From assembly GCA_046759445.1 (NCBI GenBank), contig JBHICG010000035.1:1-34157 (forward strand): 34,157 nt of DNA, written 5' to 3'. The notes beneath the pieces were generated by a model. The model worked only from the letters and a program-made list of their open reading frames with translations. It was not told the origin of the DNA and ran no database searches. Source of the stretch: Candidatus Scalinduaceae bacterium. GTDB lineage: Bacteria; Planctomycetota; Brocadiia; Brocadiales; Scalinduaceae. The number at the start of each line of letters is the position of its first letter. Position 1 is the first letter of the stretch. Positions 8,735 to 18,050 of this stretch are shown here, piece by piece. A program made the translations under genes and the position numbers.

Positions 8735-9507
8735 AAATACTTTTGACAAATGATGACGGAATATATTCACCAGGTATCCTGGAACTTAAGCGGACTATGA
8801 AGGCATTTGGTTCTGTAGTGGTTGTTGCGCCAGATGTGCAAAAAAGTGGTGTTGGTCATGCAATAACATTCAGTCATCCATTGCGAATAAGGGAAGTTTT
8901 TTTAGATAGCGAATTTGTTGGTTATGGAATTGATGGTTCTCCAGCGGATTGTGTCAAACTCGGTGTGCGAGAAATAATGCAGGAAAAACCTGAATTGTTG
9001 ATATCGGGCATAAATATAGGCGCAAATGTTGGGATTAATGTGCTATATTCGGGAACAGTTGCTGCAGCAATAGAGGGAGCTATTTTAGGCGTTCCTTCTA
9101 TAGCAATCTCTCTGGAGGTTTCAGAATCATTACCTGATATCCAGGGGGCCGCTACCATAGCAAAAGACATGGTTAGCCATATAGTGAGGAGAGAGGTGCC
9201 AAGAGGGACTTTGCTCAACATAAACATCCCTCTTATACCAAAGAATAAAATAAGAGGAGTAAAGATAACCAAACAGTTTTCAGGGGATTTTGATGAGCAC
9301 TTTGATAGGCGTACCGATCCAAGAGGGGGTATCTATTATTGGTTGGCTGGAACTGGTTGGCCAGAGGAAGACGTTGTTGGTACCGATATGCATGCGCTTA
9401 AGGAAGGTTACATTTCAATTACACCGCTTAGATATGACTTAACAGACAGAGACTTTCTGAAGGAAATAGAAACCTGGCGATGGGACAATGGCACAAACAT
9501 AGGATGA
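8731..9507 (+). CDS. surE: 5'/3'-nucleotidase SurE
   Basis: ILLTNDDG, VVAPDVQKSGVG, GSPADCV, SGINIGANVG, YSGTVAAAIEG, SITPL. Confidence 0.97.
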   Translation: MKILLTNDDGIYSPGILELKRTMKAFGSVVVVAPDVQKSGVGHAITFSHPLRIREVFLDSEFVGYGIDGSPADCVKLGVREIMQEKPELLISGINIGANVGINVLYSGTVAAAIEGAILGVPSIAISLEVSESLPDIQGAATIAKDMVSHIVRREVPRGTLLNINIPLIPKNKIRGVKITKQFSGDFDEHFDRRTDPRGGIYYWLAGTGWPEEDVVGTDMHALKEGYISITPLRYDLTDRDFLKEIETWRWDNGTNIG

Positions 9508-9659
9508 TGGTAAAGAAAATACTACCAAATAATAATGTAGTTAAGACTGTTGTCTTTTTTTTGTCCAAAAACTAACTCTGGAATCCTCCTGAAGAAACCT
9601 GCCTGCCGACAAGAATGAAAGAAATATCCACCCCGCTTTCGAGTGGTTGATGTACTGTA

Positions 9660-9710
9660 TCCATAAAATATCTTTCCATTACCTGTCTTTAATGCAGCTC
9701 CAACTCTAGA
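9660..9710 (-). pseudogene. Possible short relic of a cytidine deaminase N-terminus
   Basis: Start-less minus-strand frame reads SRVGAALKTGNGKIFYG, resembling Cdd VGAALLTxxGxIFxG. Confidence 0.3.
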
Positions 9711-9820
9711 TATGAAAAAAAGACTGTGAACTAATTAGGAGGATTGAAAAAACTAACTGGTGAATACTTTTCTGGTGTGCAATCTTAAACAAAATTTATT
9801 CAAAATTATATGGAACTTAA

Positions 9821-10057
9821 TCATTCACCATTCATGCTGTTATTTATACCAGTGCCATGAGATTGAATTATTTCGATTGCCTGTGACTTTGTAAAACCTT
9901 CTTTACGCAGAGAGGAATAAAAATTATACATAAGCTTTGCAATGACATCTTGTAAATCCAAGCATTGAGGTAATATATCCTTTAGATGTCGAAGGCCTTG
10001 TTCTACTTCGATTTGTGCTATTAAACGTTTAAGGTTGTCGTCTGCTTTTTCTTCCAT
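9821..10057 (-). CDS. Hypothetical protein (78 aa)
   Basis: AAGGA RBS; own predicted promoter; helical, with YSSLRKEGFTKSQAIEI motif. Confidence 0.7.
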   Translation of the reverse strand: MEEKADDNLKRLIAQIEVEQGLRHLKDILPQCLDLQDVIAKLMYNFYSSLRKEGFTKSQAIEIIQSHGTGINNSMNGE

Positions 10058-10227
10058 TATATAAAAATCCTTACTAGTAGAAAATATATGATTGTCATTA
10101 ATACGATCAGGCTAAACTGAATACTATAGTGTCTAATTCTTTCTGCAACCATACGCATTGTTATTTAACCCTCAATAACCCATAACCCTATAACCGTCAT
10201 TACTATATATTGTAGAAATATTAGCAA

Positions 10228-10255
10228 ACTATACAACATTTAGGCCATTTGTCAA
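10228..10255 (-). promoter_or_regulatory. Putative sigma70 promoter for the 78-aa ORF
   Basis: Minus strand TTGACA-N16-TATAGT. Confidence 0.5.
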
Positions 10256-10323
10256 GTTATTTTTTTGGAAATGTTTATGCATAAATTTATTAAATAACAT
10301 GTAGTCATTATATTCCTTTTGTC

Positions 10324-10352
10324 TTGACTGTTTTTATACATTGTGATAAGTT
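10324..10352 (+). promoter_or_regulatory. Putative sigma70 promoter for CPBP-lpxD-lpxI
   Basis: TTGACT-N17-TAAGTT with extended -10 TGn. Confidence 0.45.
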
Positions 10353-10393
10353 TCAAAACCCTTAGTTATTCACCTTTAACAGAACCAATTTAT

Positions 10394-10444
10394 AAAGAAA
10401 CCTTATTTTAAGTTGTATCCAATTAAGGTTTCTTTTATCTTTTT
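10394..10444 (+). terminator. Terminator-like hairpin in the 5' leader of CPBP-lpxD-lpxI
   Basis: 12-bp inverted repeat AAAGAAACCTTA / TAAGGTTTCTTT followed by TATCTTTTT. Confidence 0.4.
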
Positions 10445-10496
10445 CAAGGAAACAGGTTAGATTTTATTTTCAATGGATACCGATTAAATTTGACAA

Positions 10497-11432
10497 ATGA
10501 AGCAATATAAGAAATTGTTTTTCTTGTTTTTTATTATAATGATTGCAAGTTGCATCATTGCGCCTATAAAAAAATTGCCTTTGGATTTTATGTTAGAAAA
10601 AGTCAATTTTTTAGCAGAGGTTGTTGACTATGAAGACGGCGTGTACGATTTTGGCAAGGTAATGAGAAGAATATTAATGTTAGTTACGTTAATTGTATTT
10701 ATCGTATTCAGGAAATCTCTGAAACTTGGCGCTTTGTTTTCATCAGGTATGAAGCTAAGACCTGGTTTTTTCAGGCAGTTTCTTTTCGGGTTATTAATGG
10801 CTGTAATATCACTACTCATCTATTATTCAATTGCGCTTCTTTCCAATGCGTGGATTATCCATATAGATTTTAATTCGGCAGGAATCATACTATCGAAGAT
10901 AATCAAATATATCTTAATAGGATGTTTAATAGGCTTTATTGAAGAAGTATTTTTTAGAGGCATTATCTTGCAATCTTTTATGGAGGATATGTCTGTGCCG
11001 ATTGCCGTATGCGCATGTAGCTTGATTTACTCTATACTTCACTTTTTTAGAGCTGATGTTCAAGTTGTTACGGGTTTTCAGGCATTTGTTGGTTTTTCAA
11101 CCATGTTGGAATTTTTTAAACCTCTTTTTCTTCAAATAACCAGAAATCTACCATCAATTGCTGGACTTTTTTTAGTGGGTGTAGTGCTTTCTTATGCATT
11201 TATTCAAACGAAATCACTATATCTTTCTATCGGTTTGCATTCTGGATGGGTATTTATGATGAAGGCAGATGGTCTTTTCCTTGTTCGTGTTAGAGAGAAA
11301 TATGAGTGGCTGTTTGGTGATAGCCAGTTAGTAACAGGTATTCTTGTATGGTCTTTTTTATTGTGCATCTTAATGGTAATCAAAAAAATCTACAGTAATA
11401 GGCAAAATTATGGAGTGAACGTAAGTGGATAA
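10497..11432 (+). CDS. CPBP (CAAX/Abi) family intramembrane glutamic endopeptidase
   Basis: Multiple TM segments; motifs EEVFFRG, YSILH and SIGLH. Confidence 0.9.
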   Translation: MKQYKKLFFLFFIIMIASCIIAPIKKLPLDFMLEKVNFLAEVVDYEDGVYDFGKVMRRILMLVTLIVFIVFRKSLKLGALFSSGMKLRPGFFRQFLFGLLMAVISLLIYYSIALLSNAWIIHIDFNSAGIILSKIIKYILIGCLIGFIEEVFFRGIILQSFMEDMSVPIAVCACSLIYSILHFFRADVQVVTGFQAFVGFSTMLEFFKPLFLQITRNLPSIAGLFLVGVVLSYAFIQTKSLYLSIGLHSGWVFMMKADGLFLVRVREKYEWLFGDSQLVTGILVWSFLLCILMVIKKIYSNRQNYGVNVSG

Positions 11433-12468
11433 AACCTTGAAAGAGCTTGCTAGTTATGTAGGCGGGAATGTTGTCGGAGATGAAAACATAAGAATAAAAG
11501 GTGTAATGACAATTGATGAGGCCAGAGAGGGGTATATTACTTTTATTTCTAACAAGAAATATATAAGAAAGCTCGATCAAACCAGGGCATCAGCAATTAT
11601 AGTGTCACCAGAAATAGAGGCAGAAGACAGGAATCTGCTTATAACCAAGAATCCATATTTAGCTTTCGCAAAGATTGTTGATTTGATGATGAATCCTGAA
11701 GCCAAATATCCGGGTACAGTTGATGATACAGCTAAGATAAGTGAGTTAGCTACAATAGGTTCCAATGTAACCGTTTATCCTTATGTATTTATAGGTGGAA
11801 ATACGAAAATCGCTGATAATGTAGTATTATACCCGAATGTTTATATTGGGGATAATTGTCAGATAGGGAATGATACCGTGATACATCCAAGTACAGTAAT
11901 ACATAAAGGTACAATAGTGGGTGATCGTGTAACCATTAATAGTAACGTAGTTATTGGATGTAGGGGTTTTGGATTTGCTCCCGATGGAAGAAAGTACTAT
12001 AAAATACCTCAGATTGGAATTACTGTAATTGAAGATGATGTGGATATAGGCGCCAATACGACCATAAATCGTGCCGTGTTGGGAGAAACAAGGATCAAAA
12101 GAGGCGCAAAGATAGATAGTGAAGTTATGATCGCTCACAATGTTGAAATTGGAGAAGATACTTTAGTAACTTCACAGGTTGGTATTGCAGGTACTGTTAA
12201 GATTGGAAATCATGTGCTTCTGGCAGGTGGATCAGGCGTTGATGGCCATACTGAGGTGGGGGATAATGTTATAGTTGGTGGATGGTCTGGAGTGATAAAG
12301 GATCTTCCTCCAGGTGGCACGTATTTGGGTACACCAGCAATAGAAATTGAAAGGATGAGGAAGTGTTACATAATTATACAAAGACTCCCAGAAATGCGAG
12401 AGGAAATAAAGAATCTACAGAAAAAGATAAAACAGTTAGAAAATAAGTTGGAAAAATGGAAAGATTAG
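11425..12468 (+). CDS. lpxD: UDP-3-O-(3-hydroxyacyl)glucosamine N-acyltransferase
   Basis: GTG start; NPYLAFA, hexapeptide repeats, GFGFAPDG, KIPQIG, IGANTTI, IAHNVEIG; C-terminal helix. Confidence 0.95.
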   Translation: MDKTLKELASYVGGNVVGDENIRIKGVMTIDEAREGYITFISNKKYIRKLDQTRASAIIVSPEIEAEDRNLLITKNPYLAFAKIVDLMMNPEAKYPGTVDDTAKISELATIGSNVTVYPYVFIGGNTKIADNVVLYPNVYIGDNCQIGNDTVIHPSTVIHKGTIVGDRVTINSNVVIGCRGFGFAPDGRKYYKIPQIGITVIEDDVDIGANTTINRAVLGETRIKRGAKIDSEVMIAHNVEIGEDTLVTSQVGIAGTVKIGNHVLLAGGSGVDGHTEVGDNVIVGGWSGVIKDLPPGGTYLGTPAIEIERMRKCYIIIQRLPEMREEIKNLQKKIKQLENKLEKWKD

Positions 12469-13277
12469 GCCTGATTGCCGGCAATGGACGTTTTCCCATT
12501 CTTTTTGCACAGAGTACAAAGGCCAAAGGCATAAACGTTATCGCAGTTGCCATTGAGGATGAGGCATCTCCAGAGATAGAAGAGTATGTTGAGAAATTAT
12601 ACTGGGTTGGTGTTGCCAAGATTGGTAAATTGATAAAGATATTAAAAGATGAGCAAATTGAAAAGGCTGTGATGGCAGGCGGGTTAACTAAATCACATAT
12701 CCATTCAAGGCTTAAGCATTTAAGATTCATGCCTGACATGAGGACTATCAACCTGTGGTACAAAAAGCTGAGAAGTAAGCATGACCACTCAATCCTGGAA
12801 GCTGTTGCTGACGAATTAGCTATTGATGGTATCCAACTCGTAAGTTCTATTGATTATGTGGAGCATTTAATGGCAGAGAAAGGTTGTTTGACTAAAAGGG
12901 TTCCTTCTGAAAGAGAAATTGCTGATGTCGAATTCGGATGGAAGATTGCAAAGGATATTGGAAGATTGGAAATAGGCCAGTGCATAGTGGTAAAGGACAA
13001 GATTGTTTTGGCAGTTGAAGCAATTGAAGGTACAAATGAGGCCATTAAGCGCGGAGGAAAGCTTGGACGTGGAAATGTTGTAGTAATCAAAATAAGCAAG
13101 AAAGATCAAGATTTACGCTTTGACTTACCAACTATAGGTTTAGAGACAATCAAACATTTAAAAGAAGCCGGAGTATCTACCTTAGCAATAGAATCAGAAA
13201 AGACACTGATTCTTGATAAAGAGGAAACGATTGAGTTGGCCAATAAAAGCAATATCTCAATAATCGCATATGAATAG
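12456..13277 (+). CDS. lpxI: UDP-2,3-diacylglucosamine diphosphatase LpxI
   Basis: LGLIAGNGRFP, VMAGG, EIGQCIVV, AVEAIEGTN, QDLRFDLPTIG. Confidence 0.93.
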   Translation: MERLGLIAGNGRFPILFAQSTKAKGINVIAVAIEDEASPEIEEYVEKLYWVGVAKIGKLIKILKDEQIEKAVMAGGLTKSHIHSRLKHLRFMPDMRTINLWYKKLRSKHDHSILEAVADELAIDGIQLVSSIDYVEHLMAEKGCLTKRVPSEREIADVEFGWKIAKDIGRLEIGQCIVVKDKIVLAVEAIEGTNEAIKRGGKLGRGNVVVIKISKKDQDLRFDLPTIGLETIKHLKEAGVSTLAIESEKTLILDKEETIELANKSNISIIAYE

Positions 13278-13503
13278 TAAATGCGTAATCCGTGGAAGTC
13301 GGATTTTTTAAGAATAATGAGAGTCAAAAAACCTTTTCAGTTTGTTTCGTTCTTATATACTTGCAGTCCTTTTTATTATCTTTTCTCTGTAGGTTCAACT
13401 GCCTTTTTTTAAATTGTTCCCTGATATCCCAAAATCTTGAGGAGAACTTTTGAAGACTTTCTTCTCTATCCTTCCTTTTCAATTTCTATTTCTCGCCTTT
13501 ATC

Positions 13504-13669
13504 CAGCATTGTCCGGTTAGGTTTTTGCATGTTTAATTTATTGCCCCCCAAGCTGTCATTCCCGCATGTTTTTAGCGGGAATCTAGGATGAATGAACCTC
13601 TAGATACCCGACAAAAGCGTTCGGGTATGACAAAACCCGCGCACGCAAAAACCTAACCGGACAATGCTG
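13504..13669. mobile_element. MITE (166 bp) with 25-bp perfect TIRs and 9-bp TSD, carrying a REP doublet
   Basis: TIR CAGCATTGTCCGGTTAGGTTTTTGC at 13504-13528 and 13645-13669; flanks GCCTTTATC (13495-13503) / GCTTTTATC (13670-13678). Confidence 0.85.
13554..13632. repeat. Inverted pair of TGTCAT-tagged REP hairpins (family B)
   Basis: TGTCATTCCCGCATGTTTTTAGCGGGAATCTAG (13554-13586) and inverted TGTCATACCCGAACGCTTTTGTCGGGTATCTAG (13600-13632). Confidence 0.85.
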
Positions 13670-13802
13670 GCTTTTATCACAAATAATGACATTCAAAAAC
13701 CCACATAATCCAAAAAGTTATAGAATTTCTAACACGTTTTATCTACAATCCATACCCCAAATATATTGCTTCATAGTTTACGTCGTTTGCGCCAATAAAT
13801 AA

Positions 13803-15149
13803 ATGTTTAGAAATACGATTAGAAAACTCACGCTTAAACCTGGAGTAACTATTAGTACAGGTTTCCTAATTTTTATCACGATAGGTACTGTCTTGCTTAT
13901 GCTTCCGGTGGCTACCGCTGATGGAAAAGGAACATCTTTCATTGATGCGGTTTTTACGTCTACATCTGCGATTTGCGTTACTGGCTTAATAGTTCAGGAT
14001 ACACCCGTCTATTTTTCACGATTTGGCCATATGGTTATCTTAATCCTGATACAACTGGGTGGATTGGGTATAATGACATCATACGCATTCTTCAGTATAG
14101 CTATTGGTAAACGACTTCTTATTTCTCAGCAAGTTGCAATAAAGGGTGCACTTGATACTGGGTATGCTGAGATAAAAAAAACAGTCTTAGTCATTATGCT
14201 ATCAACGTTCATTATAGAGGCTATTGGAGCTGTTGTGTTAGCGATCCATTGGTCTGGTGAACATTTTGGAGATGATATATTCTATCCTATATTTCATTCT
14301 ATAAGTGCATTTTGCAATGCAGGATTTTCACTCTTTAATGATAGTCTAATTAATTATAGTGGTGATGTAGTTGTTAATATTACGTTTGCGTTACTTATTA
14401 TTCTTGGCGGCTTGGGGTTTATTGTTTTATCCAATCTTTATGGCGTTTTTGCATTTTTCCTGAGTAGAAATAGTAAAAGAAAACTTAATCTGCACACTAA
14501 GATAGTGTTGACCATGACGGGGATTTTAATTATATTGGGTGCAATTCTTTTTTACGTATTTGAGCACGAAAACACATTAGACCTTTTGTCATTCAAGGAT
14601 AAGGTCTTTGTTTCTTTTTTCCAATCTGTTACGACGAGAACTGCGGGATTTTCGACTGTTGATGTTGGTAGTCTTACATCGCCTACATACTTATACTTTA
14701 TACTATTTATGTTCATTGGTGGTTCATCCGGTTCAACTGCAGGAGGGATTAAGACTGTTACATTTTTTGTGATTTTGGCAGTGGTTTATAAAATGTTTAG
14801 GGGTAAAGAAGACATAGAAGTTTTTGAGCGTACAATTAACAGACGTACCGTACAAAAGGCCATCTCAATTACAATAATTTCTATATTAACAATTACGTTA
14901 TTTTGTATGCTTTTGCTTTATACAGAAAATGTACCCTTTAAGTTTATTATTTTTGAAGTCTTTTCAGCATTTGGGACTGTGGGTCTTAGTTCTGGTTTAA
15001 CACCAGAATTAACTACTATCGGAAAGATATTAATTAGCATATTGATATTTATAGGAAGAATTGGTCCTTTGGTCCTGGCGTTAATTCTTGGCAGGGAGAT
15101 TGCGGAAAGAAAGATCCGTTTTCCTGAAGAAAGAATAGTCGTTGGTTGA
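13803..15149 (+). CDS. ktrB: Ktr/Trk potassium uptake membrane subunit (KtrB/TrkH family)
   Basis: Four pore loops SAICVTGL, SAFCNAGF, TTRTAGF and SAFGTVGL; GSTAGGIK; FIGRIGP; C-terminal IVVG. Confidence 0.93.
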   Translation: MFRNTIRKLTLKPGVTISTGFLIFITIGTVLLMLPVATADGKGTSFIDAVFTSTSAICVTGLIVQDTPVYFSRFGHMVILILIQLGGLGIMTSYAFFSIAIGKRLLISQQVAIKGALDTGYAEIKKTVLVIMLSTFIIEAIGAVVLAIHWSGEHFGDDIFYPIFHSISAFCNAGFSLFNDSLINYSGDVVVNITFALLIILGGLGFIVLSNLYGVFAFFLSRNSKRKLNLHTKIVLTMTGILIILGAILFYVFEHENTLDLLSFKDKVFVSFFQSVTTRTAGFSTVDVGSLTSPTYLYFILFMFIGGSSGSTAGGIKTVTFFVILAVVYKMFRGKEDIEVFERTINRRTVQKAISITIISILTITLFCMLLLYTENVPFKFIIFEVFSAFGTVGLSSGLTPELTTIGKILISILIFIGRIGPLVLALILGREIAERKIRFPEERIVVG

Positions 15150-15270
15150 TTGATATTTTTTTACTTTTCTTTGTTGGTTTGCGCAGCTATAAACTGTAAG
15201 GGCAATATGAGAATCAGAACTGTTCAACTGTTCAAACCTTTGACTTATACCAGTTGATAGGATATTGTAT

Positions 15271-15963
15271 ATGAGACAATTTGCCGTAATTGGTTTGGGA
15301 AGATTTGGGTTTAAGGTTGCTGAGATTCTGGCAGGTAAGGGTGCTCAGGTTATTGCCGTTGATAAAAATAATGCTTTAGTGGAAAAGGTTAGGGATATTG
15401 TTACTGAGGCAGTACAATTAGATAGCACGGATGAAGAAGCATTAAGAGAAAGTGGTGTGGAAAGCGTTGATGTTGCCGTTGTGAGTATTGGAAGGTCTGC
15501 AGAGTCTAATATATTAACAACTGCAATCTTGAAGAATTTCGGAATTAAAGAAATCGTTGCCAGGGCAAGTACAAAGTTGCAGGCTCAAATCTTGAGGGAA
15601 GTAGGCGCTACAAGGGTTGTTTTTCCTGAGGAAGATATGGGCCTTCGAGTTGCTAATAGTGTTCTTGCGCCAGGAGTTTTGGAATATATTGAGTTAGGGG
15701 CAGATTATAATCTGGCAGAGATAGAGGTTAAGGGAGACTTTACAGGGAAATCTATTAAGGAACTTGATATTAAATCAAAATACGGTGTAAATGTAATTAT
15801 GATCATGAAAAGAATACAACAGGAGACGGATAAGGAGGAAGAATTTTTGGAGAAGGAAATCAAAGAATTACCAGCTCCTGATTATGTATTAAAAGAAAAA
15901 GATATTATGGTTGTAGTTGGTGACAGTAAGGATATTGAGGTTCTTGAAAAACACATAAAATAA
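15271..15963 (+). CDS. ktrA: Ktr/Trk RCK regulatory subunit (KtrA/TrkA family)
   Basis: FAVIGLGRFG Rossmann motif; VVFPEEDMG; RCK_C domain; ATG 15271 preferred over TTG 15265. Confidence 0.93.
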   Translation: MRQFAVIGLGRFGFKVAEILAGKGAQVIAVDKNNALVEKVRDIVTEAVQLDSTDEEALRESGVESVDVAVVSIGRSAESNILTTAILKNFGIKEIVARASTKLQAQILREVGATRVVFPEEDMGLRVANSVLAPGVLEYIELGADYNLAEIEVKGDFTGKSIKELDIKSKYGVNVIMIMKRIQQETDKEEEFLEKEIKELPAPDYVLKEKDIMVVVGDSKDIEVLEKHIK

Positions 15964-16055
15964 TTAGTGTATGTTGCGGAATTCGATATTTACGTGCAAT
16001 TCGTAGGATTGCCTTAATAAAAATGATATTCGATTCTAACGGGTATTTGAAATAG

Positions 16056-16868
16056 ATGCGAACCATAGCATTAACAAATCAAAAAGGAGGGGTTGGTAAA
16101 ACTACTACAGCCGTTAACCTGGGGGCTGGTTTAGCAAAATTAGGTAAGAGTGTTGTCTTAATAGACCTTGATCCGCAAGGCAACTTGAGCTCATGGATGG
16201 GTATCAATATTAATGAGTTAGATAAATCTATGTTTAATGTTTTTCACGATGAAATGTCGATAAATGAAATTATCAGGGAAACGTGCGTAAAATATTTATG
16301 TGTTGCTCCATCAAATGTTACTCTGGCTGCAGTAGAAAGAGCATTAGCAAATAAAGAAGAAAGAGGTATTATTTTAAGGAATAGTCTAAAGTCCTTGTTA
16401 GATCATTATGATTACATTATTCTGGATTGTCCCCCATCACTTGGGTTGCTTACCGTCAATGCATTGACGGCAGTGCGGGAAGTTTTTATACCTTTAGAAA
16501 CTAAGGTATTGGCGCTCAATGGTCTGGTTACTTTGGTTAATACGGTCAATCTGGTTAAGGATACACTTAATCCTGATCTTGAAGTAACAGGAATAATTGC
16601 ATGTATGTTCGATATAAGAACAAATTTGAGCAATGAGGTCGTGGAAAAGATTAAGGATAAATTTCATGATAAATTGTTTAAGTCTATTATAAGGGAAAGT
16701 ACAAAACTGGCAGAATGTCCTATTTCTGGGCAACCTATCACACTGTATGCACCTGAAAGTCGTGGCACACAAGACTATATGGATTTGGCAAGGGAAGTTA
16801 TTGAAGGTGAAAAGAAAAAAGGTTGGTGGTTTAAGGAAAGAGCGAAAGGGATTGATGCGGATTGTTGA
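16056..16868 (+). CDS. parA: ParA/Soj family ATPase (no parB in the window)
   Basis: NQKGGVGKTTT deviant Walker A, DLDPQGN, ILDCPPSLG, MFDIRTNL. Confidence 0.92.
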   Translation: MRTIALTNQKGGVGKTTTAVNLGAGLAKLGKSVVLIDLDPQGNLSSWMGININELDKSMFNVFHDEMSINEIIRETCVKYLCVAPSNVTLAAVERALANKEERGIILRNSLKSLLDHYDYIILDCPPSLGLLTVNALTAVREVFIPLETKVLALNGLVTLVNTVNLVKDTLNPDLEVTGIIACMFDIRTNLSNEVVEKIKDKFHDKLFKSIIRESTKLAECPISGQPITLYAPESRGTQDYMDLAREVIEGEKKKGWWFKERAKGIDADC

Positions 16869-17895
16869 TTTGAGGAGTGATACAGTTACCGAACCAACAT
16901 TGAAGATGCGCCAGGCCATGAAGGAAGCTGAAGTAGGAGATGACGGCTTTGGTGAAGATCCTACCACAAATAGGCTAGAGAAGATAGCTGCCGAAAAAGT
17001 GGGAAAGGAAGATGCCCTCTTTGTTTGCAGTGGTACGATGGGAAACTTAATAGCCATAATGGTACACACAAAACCAGGTGATGGAGTGATATGTGATAGA
17101 AAGGCGCACATAAATACAATGGTATCTGGAAATACAGCTGCATTGGCAGGTGTAACAACATGTCCTTTAAATGTAGATGAATTCGGTCGTTTTGATATGG
17201 AAGAACTTGAATCAAGCATTAACCTTGATGATATCCGTTTTTCTAAGACTTCGTTGATAATTATTGAAAATACAAACAACCTGGCAGGGGGGGCAGTAAT
17301 TACTCCTGACGAAACATCTAAAATAATAAAGATAGCAAAGAAAAATGGTTTACACCTTCATATAGATGGTGCAAGAATATTTAATTCTGCAGTTGCTCAG
17401 GGTGTTGAGGTGTCCGAGTTAACAAAAGGGTGTGATTCGATTATGTTTTGTATCTCTAAAGGATTAGCGTCTCCAGTAGGTTCTATAATTGCAGGTACAA
17501 AGAAATTTATAGAAGAGGCTCGATGCAAAAGGAAAATGTTAGGGGGGGGTATGAGACAGACTGGTATTTTAGCTGCTTGTGGAATAGTCTCATTAGAGGA
17601 GATGATTGATAGATTACTAGATGACCATGAAAATGCAAGATATCTTGCTGAAGGACTTGCAAGAATAGATGGTTTTAATGTTAATCTGGAGACGGTTCAG
17701 ACAAATATTGTTTGTTTCAAATTTAGATTACCAAAATTAAATTGTAAAGAGTTCGTAGAAAGTCTTTCCCCAAAAGGGATTCTTGCAGTCTATTTTAAAG
17801 GAGATGATGGTAGAATGGTAACACATAAAGATTTGAACAGATCAGACATTATTTATGCTTTAGAAGTGATTACAAACGTAGTCTCAGGATGTTAA
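16855..17895 (+). CDS. ltaE: Low-specificity L-threonine aldolase (PLP-dependent)
   Basis: Start reassigned to ATG 16855 (MRIVDLRSDTVT); SGTMGNL, HIDGARIFN, CISKGL (PLP Lys), RKMLGGGMRQ. Confidence 0.92.
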   Translation: MRIVDLRSDTVTEPTLKMRQAMKEAEVGDDGFGEDPTTNRLEKIAAEKVGKEDALFVCSGTMGNLIAIMVHTKPGDGVICDRKAHINTMVSGNTAALAGVTTCPLNVDEFGRFDMEELESSINLDDIRFSKTSLIIIENTNNLAGGAVITPDETSKIIKIAKKNGLHLHIDGARIFNSAVAQGVEVSELTKGCDSIMFCISKGLASPVGSIIAGTKKFIEEARCKRKMLGGGMRQTGILAACGIVSLEEMIDRLLDDHENARYLAEGLARIDGFNVNLETVQTNIVCFKFRLPKLNCKEFVESLSPKGILAVYFKGDDGRMVTHKDLNRSDIIYALEVITNVVSGC

Positions 17896-17975
17896 TAGGA
17901 AGTTCAAAAAAAACGTAAGCAAAAGTTTCTTATAACCTTATATAAAGAAAATAATCTTTGCTTTAATGTTTTTTA

Positions 17976-18004
17976 TTGACTAAGTTTGTTTTTTTTGATA
18001 GATT
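17976..18004 (+). promoter_or_regulatory. Putative sigma70 promoter of the nuo operon
   Basis: TTGACT-N17-TAGATT with extended -10 TGn, about 46 nt before nuoA. Confidence 0.55.
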
Positions 18005-18050
18005 TCCGCACTTTTGTTATATAAAGTGTATTCAGTAAAAGTAACTTACA

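Noticed and set aside
13324..13482. 52-codon TTG-start minus-strand frame next to the MITE
   Set aside because: Short, low complexity, weak start; does not join a frame across the MITE
16747..16854. N-terminal extension of ltaE in the ORF track
   Set aside because: Deep overlap with parA; homology starts at MRIVDLRSDT (16855)
16494..17279. 261-aa minus-strand ORF
   Set aside because: Shadow of parA/ltaE
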